Positions 1 through 7,939 of a stretch of DNA of 36,358 nucleotides are shown piece by piece. Position 1 is the first letter of the stretch. Each line of letters opens with the position of its first letter. The notes under the pieces were generated by a model. It had not been told where the DNA came from. It ran no database searches and saw only the letters and a program-made list of their open reading frames with translations. The position numbers and the translations under genes were made by a program. Source of the stretch: Myxococcota bacterium (lineage in GTDB: Bacteria > Myxococcota > XYA12-FULL-58-9 > JALHOP01); assembly GCA_041288095.1 (NCBI GenBank), contig JBGGMJ010000081.1:1-36358 (forward strand), written 5' to 3'.

Positions 1-131
1 TCACGTTCGCCGACGGAGGTGAAACCAGGACTTCGAATCTCCGCCTCTACTGCCGCGCCCATAACCAAGCCCGCAACTTCACCAAAATGCGCGTTGACGC
101 GCATTCCGCTAACGCGGACACGCCGACATAG
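1..131 (+). CDS. HNH endonuclease, C-terminal fragment (5' truncated by window edge)
   Basis: Manual translation from nt 3: TFADGGETRTSNLRLYCRAHNQARNFTKMRVDAHSANADTPT* (TAG 129-131). Matches the second half of the HNH motif (..GG.T...NL...C..HN). Absent from the ORF track because it has no start codon in the window. Confidence 0.75.
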   Translation, partial: TFADGGETRTSNLRLYCRAHNQARNFTKMRVDAHSANADTPT

Positions 132-265
132 GGCAGCCTCCGGAAGCGAAGCACAACCCCGGCGGCTCATGCAGAACCCCTTAAACCCCAAGCCGGCGAG
201 GGCCCCCGGGTCTCCTCCACCCCCTCGGTGCAGATCCACCGAGGCCCCAAACAGCAGACGCTGCA

Positions 266-344
266 ACGGCTCGCAGCGCCAACGTCACGGTCTCGCAGCG
301 CCAGCGTCACGGTCCCGCAAGCGCCAGCATCACGGTCGCAGCAC
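266..344. repeat. Degenerate tandem repeat, ~22-bp unit, 3.5 copies
   Basis: ACGGC-TCGCAGCGCCAACGTC (266-286), ACGGTCTCGCAGCGCCAGCGTC (287-308), ACGGTCCCGCAAGCGCCAGCATC (309-331), ACGGTCGCAGCAC (332-344). Ends at the stop codon of the convergent amidohydrolase. Confidence 0.8.
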
Positions 345-1834
345 TAGCCGCTTTTCGCCAGCAACGCCGTCGCCGCCGTCACCATCGCGGTGATTCCGCC
401 GCGCAGAGTCGGCTCTGGGAGCGGCGCGAAGGTGCTTTGGTGCGTCGTCGGCACCTGCTTGCCGGTGCGCTTTGCTTCCTCGATGACTTTGGGGTCAGTC
501 GCGCCCAAGTGCAGGTAGACCGCGGGGACTTCGTGTTTGGGTCCGCTATAGTAAGCGAAGTCTTCGCCGCCCATGCGCTGTTCGCTCACGAAGACCTCAC
601 CGATCTCTCGCTTCCACAAGGCGAGAATGCGCTCGGCGAGCTCGGGATTGTTGTAGGTCGCGTCGACGGAGTTTTCCTTTTGATGGTCGATGACGGGGGC
701 GAGCTCGGGCGGCACGCCTTGGCCGGCGGCGACGCCATTGGCGATCCGCGCGACGCCGGAGAGGAGGGCTTTGCGCACGTCCGGCTCGAAGGAGCGGATG
801 GTGAGCTTCAGGTGGGCGTCGTTGGGAATGACGTTGCTCACCGCGCCGGCGTTGAAGGCACCGACGGTGACCACCGCCTGTTTGCCGGTCTTGATACGGC
901 GGGACACGAGAGTCTGCGCTTCCATGACGAAGGCCGAGCCCATGACGATGGGATCGATCCCCTCCTCTGGACGCGAGCCGTGGCCGCCGCGGCCGCGCAT
1001 GGTCACGTTGACGCTGTCGACGTTCGCCATGACGTAGCCGGGGCGCGTGCCGACCATGCCGGCCGCCATTTCTCCAGTCACGTGCATGCCGAGGACGAAG
1101 TCGGGCTTGCCGAAGCGCTCATAGAGACCGTCACCGAGCATGGCGCGCGCGCCGGCGCCGAGCTCTTCGGATGGCTGACCCACGAGGACCAGGCGTCCGC
1201 TCCAGCGGTCTTTGAGCTCCATCATCATCTCGGCGGCGCCCATGAGCAGGGTCGTGTGAACGTCATGGCCGCAGGCGTGCATCACGCCCTTCACCTGACT
1301 GGCGTACGGGAGGCCAGTCTCTTCGACGACCGGTAGCGCATCCATGTCCTCGCGCAGATACAACGTCGGCCCGGGTCCGTTTTCGAGCACGGCGACCACG
1401 CCATGAGCTTGCAGGCCGTCGGCATAGCGCCCAACGCCTTCGGTGACTTGGTACCCAAGCGTGCGCAGTCGGTTCGCCAAAATCGCGGCGGTGCGTTTTT
1501 CGGTCCGGCCAAGCTCGGGGTTCTGGTGGATGTCCTTGTATGCCGTCACGAGCGCCGGCAGCCTTGGCTCGAGCCGCTCTCGGATTTCCTTGGCGGGCAC
1601 GCTGACCGCTAGTGCGGCCTCGGTGCCGGCAAAGGTGGGATTGGCGCGATACGTTGCGAAGCCGCCGCGAGCCCCGTGCATGGCACAGTTGCAATAAGGC
1701 AGCACGGAGGGCTGAAACTCCGGACGGGGAGCGTCGGCCACGGGCTCGCAGCGCAGGGGTTGCCGCTGGGGCGGGGCGACGAACGCCGGCTTTACCGCGG
1801 TTGGGTCGATACTGCGGTCTCGACGGACGTCCAT
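344..1834 (-). CDS. M20D family amidohydrolase (hippurate hydrolase/aminoacylase-like) with N-terminal extension
   Basis: Motifs HQNPELG, REDMDALP, MHACGHD, QPSEE, GRGGHGS, GGEDF. GGAG Shine-Dalgarno 6 nt before ATG 1834; alternative start ATG 1681. Confidence 0.93.
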   Translation of the reverse strand: MDVRRDRSIDPTAVKPAFVAPPQRQPLRCEPVADAPRPEFQPSVLPYCNCAMHGARGGFATYRANPTFAGTEAALAVSVPAKEIRERLEPRLPALVTAYKDIHQNPELGRTEKRTAAILANRLRTLGYQVTEGVGRYADGLQAHGVVAVLENGPGPTLYLREDMDALPVVEETGLPYASQVKGVMHACGHDVHTTLLMGAAEMMMELKDRWSGRLVLVGQPSEELGAGARAMLGDGLYERFGKPDFVLGMHVTGEMAAGMVGTRPGYVMANVDSVNVTMRGRGGHGSRPEEGIDPIVMGSAFVMEAQTLVSRRIKTGKQAVVTVGAFNAGAVSNVIPNDAHLKLTIRSFEPDVRKALLSGVARIANGVAAGQGVPPELAPVIDHQKENSVDATYNNPELAERILALWKREIGEVFVSEQRMGGEDFAYYSGPKHEVPAVYLHLGATDPKVIEEAKRTGKQVPTTHQSTFAPLPEPTLRGGITAMVTAATALLAKSG

Positions 1835-1930
1835 GGCGCTCTCCGAATGGCTTGGTGCTTATCGGAGATGGCGCCGCGGCGGTCGCGTTTTCCGGCGTGC
1901 CGCCACCGCATCGCCGGCGCGGTCGCGCCG

Positions 1931-3352
1931 CTAGACCAAGCCCGGTGCCGTGCCTGTGTATTTCTCGTCACCGAAGTGGTCGATGTCGATGCCGAACATC
2001 TGGGCGATCGAGGTGAGCACTTGGTTGTGCGCCGTCTGGTCGCGGAACGGATCGGTCGAGGGGCAGCTGCCGTAGACACCCGAGCAGCGTGGCTCGGGGC
2101 TGGTGCTGTAGCGGATATGGCGACCGGTCACGAACGCGCCGGCGCCGCCACCGGCCATGAGCATCGGGATGTTGACCGAGCTATGCATCGAGGGGTCGCC
2201 GAGCTCGTTGCCCCAGAGGACGACGGTGTTGTCGAGGACCGATCCGCCCTGCGGGTCTTGAATGGCGTCGAGGCGCGCGAAGAGCTCCGCGACCTTGGTG
2301 CTGTACCAGCGTTGCATCTCGATGAGCTTCATCGCGGCCGCGTTGGTACCGCTCGCGAGGTGCGCGAGGCCGTCGTGAAGGTCGCCGGTGAGGCCGAGCC
2401 ACGGCATCGGCGTTGGGTCGCCACCTTGCAAGAACTGGAAGCTGATGACGCGGGTCAGATCGCAGGCGAAAGTTTGCGCGATGATGTCGAACTGCAGGTC
2501 GATGAGCTCCGGGATGTTCCCCTCGGCGCGCGGGTTCAGGGTGCCGCCGCTGATGAGGGCCGGATCGCAGCTCGCGCCGGCGCTGCTACCGCTCTTCGGA
2601 CCACCGAGGCGGCGTTCGATGGCGGCGAGCGCTTCGATGTGTTGCTCGAGCTTCTGTCGCTCTTGGCCGGCGAGGCGGGGGCGCAAGCGCGTGGCTTCGC
2701 CGTTCAAATAGGTCACCAACGCGAGCTTGCGGCGGGCCTCCGCGGTAGCGGCCGGGTCAGGCGGCGTCGAGCCTCCACCGGGAGGAACGACGCCGGTGAA
2801 GAGCATCGGATATATGGCGGCCGGGTCGATGAGGCTCTGGACGCGCTCGCCCGCCTGGCTGAAGATCATCGAGTTGGCGTTGGTCGTTCCGCCCAAGCGG
2901 AACACACCCAGCGAGAGCGTGTCGCGCGGGCAGATGCCCGTGAGGCGCTGGCCGACCACTTGATCGATCGACGGACCGGTCGGATAGACCTCACTACCGC
3001 GCGGCGCGGGCGCCGTGCCGGTGAGGAAGGTGCAGTGACCGTAGTCGTGGCCGGTCGTCGCCTTCTCGTAGAGGACCTTGTAGTCGACGCCGTCCAGCAC
3101 GACGATCTTGTTCTTGAAGTCGCGCAGCGGCCCGAGCATCGAGTTGGCGTAGTCGATGTTGAAGTCGGTTCCGACTGCTTGCGGCCGCCAGAAGTTGATG
3201 AGGTTGCCGTGTGGCGACATGAGGATGAGCAGGCGGCGCGGGCGCGCGCTTTGCGCATGGACGATCGAGCTCTCGAGCAAGCGCGCGAACGGCAGCGCGA
3301 GACTCACCGACCCCATGGTCTTCAAAAACGAGCGGCGTGATGGCTTGCGCAT
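1931..3352 (-). CDS. DUF1552 domain protein with Tat signal
   Basis: SRRSFLK twin-arginine signal; PHGN, SIDQ, FACDLTRV, H..AH, G.SVLDNT...WGNELG...H motifs typical of DUF1552. Abuts the DUF1592 gene (0-nt gap). Confidence 0.9.
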   Translation of the reverse strand: MRKPSRRSFLKTMGSVSLALPFARLLESSIVHAQSARPRRLLILMSPHGNLINFWRPQAVGTDFNIDYANSMLGPLRDFKNKIVVLDGVDYKVLYEKATTGHDYGHCTFLTGTAPAPRGSEVYPTGPSIDQVVGQRLTGICPRDTLSLGVFRLGGTTNANSMIFSQAGERVQSLIDPAAIYPMLFTGVVPPGGGSTPPDPAATAEARRKLALVTYLNGEATRLRPRLAGQERQKLEQHIEALAAIERRLGGPKSGSSAGASCDPALISGGTLNPRAEGNIPELIDLQFDIIAQTFACDLTRVISFQFLQGGDPTPMPWLGLTGDLHDGLAHLASGTNAAAMKLIEMQRWYSTKVAELFARLDAIQDPQGGSVLDNTVVLWGNELGDPSMHSSVNIPMLMAGGGAGAFVTGRHIRYSTSPEPRCSGVYGSCPSTDPFRDQTAHNQVLTSIAQMFGIDIDHFGDEKYTGTAPGLV

Positions 3353-5317
3353 TTACTGCCCCTGCGCCGCGCGACGGCGGATGAAGTTGTCCGAGCTCAC
3401 CATCGCCAGGACGAGCTGGCGGATGTCGGTGCCGCTGCTCTTGAAGATTTCCGTCGACTCGTTGATGCCGCAGACGTCGTTCACGGTCTCGGTGTGGCCC
3501 TGCGAGAAGCGCGTGAATTGAGTGACGAAACAGTTCTTTGCTTCCTCACTCTCCGCGAGCAATCGCGCGAGCTCGGCGCCGCCGTCGAAGTCGCGCGAGA
3601 CGCCGTCAGCGCCGTCGAGGTAGCCGGAGCTGTCGACCGGCCGGCCGTTCTCGATCTCGCGGGCGCGGCCGATTCCGTCATAGCGTTCGAAGCCGAAACC
3701 GATCGGGTCGATGAGCGCGTGGCAGGAGGCGCACGCCGGTTGTTGCGTGTGCGCCGCGAAGCGCTCGCGGGTCGTTTGCGCGGTGTCCGCCGGCGGCACG
3801 ACGATGACGTTGACGTTGGGCGGCGGCGGCAGCTGCTGGCAGAGGATGTTCTGGCGCACGAACTTGCCGCGGAAAACCGGGCCGCTCTGATCGGCGTGGG
3901 CGTAGAGCGCGAGCACCGAGGCTTCCGTGATGATGCCGGCGCGATCTTTCGTCGGCAGGTCGACGCGCACCAAGGCTGGGCCACCGGGGGCGCTCACGCC
4001 GTAGATGCTCGCGAGCTCGTCGTTCACATACGAGTAGGGCGCGCTCATCAAAGCGGCGTAGGTGCCTTCGTTGTCGAAGATGACGCTCTCGATGAACTTC
4101 TCGGTCTCGGCCTGCATGCTCGCGCGCAGGCTGTCCGTGAATTGCGGGTAGGCGGTCCGATCTTTCTCGAGGTGGGAGAGCTCCGTGAGACCAAGCCACT
4201 CGATGACGAAGCGCACCATGCGGCGGCGACCGCCTGGGCTGGCGATGAGGCGCTCGGCCTCGGCGCGGCGTACGTCCGCTCGCGCGAGCTCGGCGCCGTC
4301 CGCGGCGACCGCCCGTAGCTGTGCGTCCGGTGGTGCACCGGTGAGCGTGTAAGCGAGGCTGGTTGCGATCTCGTCGGTCGTGAGGGTGGAAAGACCCTCG
4401 TCTTCGGAGCCAAGCTCCGAGCGATAGAGCGTTTGTGGCGCCTGCACGATACCCTGCGCCAGGAGCGAGATGCCGTCGGCGTAGGCGCCGGTGTCTCGAC
4501 CGATGTCGTACAGGGTCATGAGGCTCGTGACCTCGGTGTCGGTCGGCGGCCTGCGGAACATCTTCTCGGCGAAGCTCCGCGCAAAGCGCCGGGCGCAGTC
4601 GCGCTCCTGGCAACCGGCGAGCGGCGCGAGCTCGGCTAGGCGAGCGACCACGCGCGCACCGACGGATTCGCCGATGGCCATGTACTGCTCGGTGGTGACG
4701 TCGCTCACGTCGAGGACGGCGGAGTTGTTCGAGTAACCGTAGATACGCTCGTCGGCGCTCAGTCGACTGATGACTTCGATGGGCTCACCGAGCGCCGCTT
4801 CGATGCTCGCTTGATACTCGGTGGGCGTCAGCCGCCAGATACGAGCCGGCAGCACCGCGATCTCGCTGCACTGTTTGGTCTCGGAGCAGATCGTCGGATC
4901 CGCGAGGATCTCAGCCATCCGTTCCAGGGCGCGCACGCCGACGGAGCCGCGCTCGAGAACGACGCCACCGCCGTGGTCGAGCTCGCCTTGGGGCTTTGCG
5001 AGCAGCAGGGTCTTGCCTTTGTAGTCGATCTTGGCGACCTGCCGGACGAGCTCGAGGTTGTAGGCGAGGTCTTCCTGGCTGATCGTCTCATTTTCTTTGG
5101 GCGTGCGCAGCTTCATGCGCGTCGCCGCCGCGATGCCGTCGGCGTAGTGGCAGGTGGCGCAGGTGTCGGCCATGACCGGCGTCCAAACCTGCTCTTCGAA
5201 GAACTGCTGCGGTGAGCGGCAGCTGTCGAGGCCGGTCTCCGAGATCTTGCCTTCACAGGCTGCAAGGCAGGCCGCCGCAATGCTTCCAAGCGCGGTCAAA
5301 ATCCGTCTCAACATCAT
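3353..5317 (-). CDS. DUF1592/DUF1588/DUF1587/DUF1595/DUF1585 lipoprotein with N-terminal cytochrome c-like domain
   Basis: Lipobox LAAC; CATCH heme motif followed by HGGG; RLT..EY, FRRP, LYRSELG, PVFRGKFVR..ILC, TTRERF..H, CASCH..IDPIGFGFERYD.IGR. Confidence 0.9.
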   Translation of the reverse strand: MMLRRILTALGSIAAACLAACEGKISETGLDSCRSPQQFFEEQVWTPVMADTCATCHYADGIAAATRMKLRTPKENETISQEDLAYNLELVRQVAKIDYKGKTLLLAKPQGELDHGGGVVLERGSVGVRALERMAEILADPTICSETKQCSEIAVLPARIWRLTPTEYQASIEAALGEPIEVISRLSADERIYGYSNNSAVLDVSDVTTEQYMAIGESVGARVVARLAELAPLAGCQERDCARRFARSFAEKMFRRPPTDTEVTSLMTLYDIGRDTGAYADGISLLAQGIVQAPQTLYRSELGSEDEGLSTLTTDEIATSLAYTLTGAPPDAQLRAVAADGAELARADVRRAEAERLIASPGGRRRMVRFVIEWLGLTELSHLEKDRTAYPQFTDSLRASMQAETEKFIESVIFDNEGTYAALMSAPYSYVNDELASIYGVSAPGGPALVRVDLPTKDRAGIITEASVLALYAHADQSGPVFRGKFVRQNILCQQLPPPPNVNVIVVPPADTAQTTRERFAAHTQQPACASCHALIDPIGFGFERYDGIGRAREIENGRPVDSSGYLDGADGVSRDFDGGAELARLLAESEEAKNCFVTQFTRFSQGHTETVNDVCGINESTEIFKSSGTDIRQLVLAMVSSDNFIRRRAAQGQ

Positions 5318-5339
5318 GGATATAAGGCCACTAAGCTAA

Positions 5340-5355
5340 TGTGTTGGGTTTCACA
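5340..5355. promoter_or_regulatory. CRP/FNR-family-like operator candidate
   Basis: TGTGT-TGGGTT-TCACA matches 9/10 of the TGTGA-N6-TCACA core. Lies 23-38 nt upstream of the DUF1592 start in an AT-richer spacer. Confidence 0.35.
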
Positions 5356-5422
5356 ACCCTTGACAGGGCGCTTTCACCCGACCGGCTTATCGGTCCTTGT
5401 CCACGTGTGTTGCGCTCGCTGA

Positions 5423-6787
5423 TTAACCCGGGCCGCTGCCGGCGGCGGTCATGAGCAGCTCACGTGCCGCGGCCCAGATGGCTCGGGCACGTGCCTCGGT
5501 GACCAGAGGCGACACATACATGAGTGAGCAATGGAGCTCCCCCGCGAGGGTGCCACAGGAGACCTGCAGGCTCGCGCCCACCGCGTGGTTGGCCACGGCG
5601 GAGAAATACTTCACGAGTCGCACCTGGCCTTGCGGCCGTGGGGCAAGCATCACGCCGCGATTCGAGATGGCGAGGATGCAGCTACGGCCGCAGCGCGTCT
5701 CGTCGGCGATCTCGGCGGCAACGGCAGCCGCGACCTCCTCGACCCGGCCGCGAGTACGGACCACCGCGGCCTCCGGCTCGCCCCGGCGCACCGCGCGCTT
5801 CACGTCGCGTGTGCAGGCCCGCGCGAGCTTCCAGAAAGGTGCCGCGGCGTGCGACGTCAGGACCCGCCCCGCGTAGCAGCCGACAGCCGTATGCGCGATG
5901 ACGGGGTTGCCGTGCTTGCGCAGAGACACCTGCGTGCTCACGTCGTAGGCGCCGCCGATCCCCTCGGCGCGCTCGATCGCGACGATCATGGCGGCGGTGA
6001 GGATGCCGCCGATGCTAGCTTCGTAGGGCCTTCCCAAGCTCCGGAGCCGGGAGACCGTCGCTGCATCGAAGCTGTCGAAGAGGACACGGGTGGCGCGCTC
6101 GTCTGCTTTAGCGGCCGCATCCAGGCGCAGCACCGGTATTGCCTTGCCGCGCAGGCGGCGGCGGACCCGATCGAGCCGATGCGTCACGTCGGTGATGAAC
6201 GACACTTGCGGGATGACGTCATCGAGGGTGCGGGCGTTCGCGCCGTCGTCGTCGTGGGGAGGGCTTTCGCTGTCGTTGATGAGGTCGACGAGGTCGACGG
6301 CTAGGCGATAGGCGCTCATGCCGTCGGCGACACTGTGATGGATCGCCAAGCAAAGGAGGTGACGGCCGCCGGACCGCGCCCAAGTTACGGAGAGCAGAGC
6401 CCCGTCGCTCGCGATGCCCGTGTTCAGGGTGGCTTCGGCCAGATCATTCGCTGTCAGGCCGCGTCGGGACGGAACGATGGCGAGCGGTACCGAATGGTTG
6501 GTGTTTTCCCAGACCGGCCCGCCTGCCGTGTCGAGGATGCGGCTAACGATGCGCGGATGCATCGCTGCCCAGCGCGCGAGCGCGCCGCGCAGGCGATTCT
6601 CGTCCAACGCGCCTTCGAGCTCGAGGACCTGAACCGTGGCAAACGCGCCAAGCTTCGCAAACGCGTGGAAGAGTGCTTCGTTGGTGTCGAGTGGCCGCAA
6701 GATTTGCGGCGTGCGATACGGCGGGACGCCCACGAGCTCCCTACGGGGGCCGTCTTCGCATTGGATCATGGCTCGTGTCGCGGACAC
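5423..6787 (-). CDS. Stand-alone condensation-fold acyltransferase (PapA5/alcohol acyltransferase-like)
   Basis: HHxxxDG catalytic motif (IHHSVADG); L..AL......HP.I, VSLR, GCY and ISNRG segments typical of CoA-dependent acyltransferases. Start GTG 6787 or ATG 6769. Confidence 0.8.
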   Translation of the reverse strand: MSATRAMIQCEDGPRRELVGVPPYRTPQILRPLDTNEALFHAFAKLGAFATVQVLELEGALDENRLRGALARWAAMHPRIVSRILDTAGGPVWENTNHSVPLAIVPSRRGLTANDLAEATLNTGIASDGALLSVTWARSGGRHLLCLAIHHSVADGMSAYRLAVDLVDLINDSESPPHDDDGANARTLDDVIPQVSFITDVTHRLDRVRRRLRGKAIPVLRLDAAAKADERATRVLFDSFDAATVSRLRSLGRPYEASIGGILTAAMIVAIERAEGIGGAYDVSTQVSLRKHGNPVIAHTAVGCYAGRVLTSHAAAPFWKLARACTRDVKRAVRRGEPEAAVVRTRGRVEEVAAAVAAEIADETRCGRSCILAISNRGVMLAPRPQGQVRLVKYFSAVANHAVGASLQVSCGTLAGELHCSLMYVSPLVTEARARAIWAAARELLMTAAGSGPG

Positions 6788-6793
6788 GGCACG

Positions 6794-6985
6794 CTACTCG
6801 ACATTGTTGTTGGTGCGCTCTTGGACTTTTTCCCCGGCTCTTTCGAGGGGGCTCGTCGTGTCGTGATCGACGTTGGTGTTGGTGCGCTCGCGAGCGCGCT
6901 CGAGTGTGCTGTCCGAGTCTTTGATCTTCTCGTCAGGGCAGCCCAGCAGGACGGCGAGCGCGGCCATCGCAGTGAAACGTCGCAT
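6794..6985 (-). CDS. Small lipoprotein
   Basis: MRRFTAMAALAVLLGC lipoprotein signal from ATG 6985; hydrophilic mature part with repeated LERA.E...ERTN.NV; fills the gap between co-oriented genes. Confidence 0.7.
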   Translation of the reverse strand: MRRFTAMAALAVLLGCPDEKIKDSDSTLERARERTNTNVDHDTTSPLERAGEKVQERTNNNVE

Positions 6986-7054
6986 TCTATTATTCCCCCT
7001 TCGACGCAAGGTAAGCGCCGCGGGCGGTAAAGCAAGCTACGCCGTTTCGAGCGG

Positions 7055-7927
7055 TCAGCCGCCTTCGTTGCGCAAGGCGAGCCAGACAGCCCGCATCTCG
7101 CTGGCCGTGAGCTGCTTGGTCATGCCCCAGGGCATTTCGTTCGGGTTCATGACGCCGCCGCTCTTGCGCTTGCCCTGGCGCAGCGCCGCTTCGAGCTCGT
7201 CGAACGTCCAGGCCGCCATCGCGGACGGAGAAATGTCGGCTGAGATTGGCGCGCCGGGGTGCGTGGCGATACCTCCCTCGAGCGCGGGACCGTGGCAACC
7301 ATGACACACCGCGATCAGATACTTGCCGTAGGCGCGGGTCTCGCCAGGCTCGGGAGTGGTCTCGGGCGCCTTGCGGTTGGCGGCGACCTCGGCGGCGAAG
7401 ATGGGCGCGCCCATGAGGCCGAGGACGACGCTGCCCAACGCGGTGAGTCGCGTCGGCGTAACCTCGCGGTCGACCGGTGGGACTTGCGAGAGGTAGCTGA
7501 CCACCGCCGACAAGTCCTCGTCGGAGATCTTCCCGAGCTCTTCGGACGGCATGGCGATGAGCGAGCGGCCATCGCGGTGCACGCCGTACGCGATTGCGCG
7601 GAGCCAATCGTCGCCGTGATAGTCGCGGACGACGCTGCCCTTGCCGGCGGTGATGTTCGGCGGTGCCATCACGAACATCGGATCCTGCTCGAGCATCTGG
7701 CCGCCGAAGTCCGCGCCGTGGCACTCGGCGCAACCGCCGATGGTGCGGGCGATGTGCTCGCCACGGGCGAGCGTCTCGGGATCGTCGGCGGTCTTGACCA
7801 CGAAAGACGGAGGGTTGTGCTTCTTGTCGCGTCGCTGCGCGAAGCGCATGTGACCGATCACCGCGGCGGCGGCCATGACGACGAAGACACCGAGGAGGAA
7901 AAAACCGATGACGCGTAGTGCTCGCAT
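7055..7927 (-). CDS. Membrane-anchored diheme cytochrome c
   Basis: N-terminal TM helix; RGEH..., CAECHG and CHGCHG heme motifs; PNIT, AMP and EMPW distal-ligand segments. Confidence 0.9.
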   Translation of the reverse strand: MRALRVIGFFLLGVFVVMAAAAVIGHMRFAQRRDKKHNPPSFVVKTADDPETLARGEHIARTIGGCAECHGADFGGQMLEQDPMFVMAPPNITAGKGSVVRDYHGDDWLRAIAYGVHRDGRSLIAMPSEELGKISDEDLSAVVSYLSQVPPVDREVTPTRLTALGSVVLGLMGAPIFAAEVAANRKAPETTPEPGETRAYGKYLIAVCHGCHGPALEGGIATHPGAPISADISPSAMAAWTFDELEAALRQGKRKSGGVMNPNEMPWGMTKQLTASEMRAVWLALRNEGG

Positions 7928-7939
7928 GCGCGCCGAAAT

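Noticed and set aside
266-344. Possible mini-CRISPR array
   Set aside because: Units are directly adjacent with no unique spacers, and there are no cas genes in the window.
19-393. 124-aa plus-strand ORF from the track
   Set aside because: Low-complexity, no motif, and it runs through the repeat and into the amidohydrolase. A different frame (3-131) carries the HNH motif.
5423-6787. NRPS biosynthetic cluster
   Set aside because: Single condensation-fold protein with no adenylation, carrier or thioesterase domain in the window.
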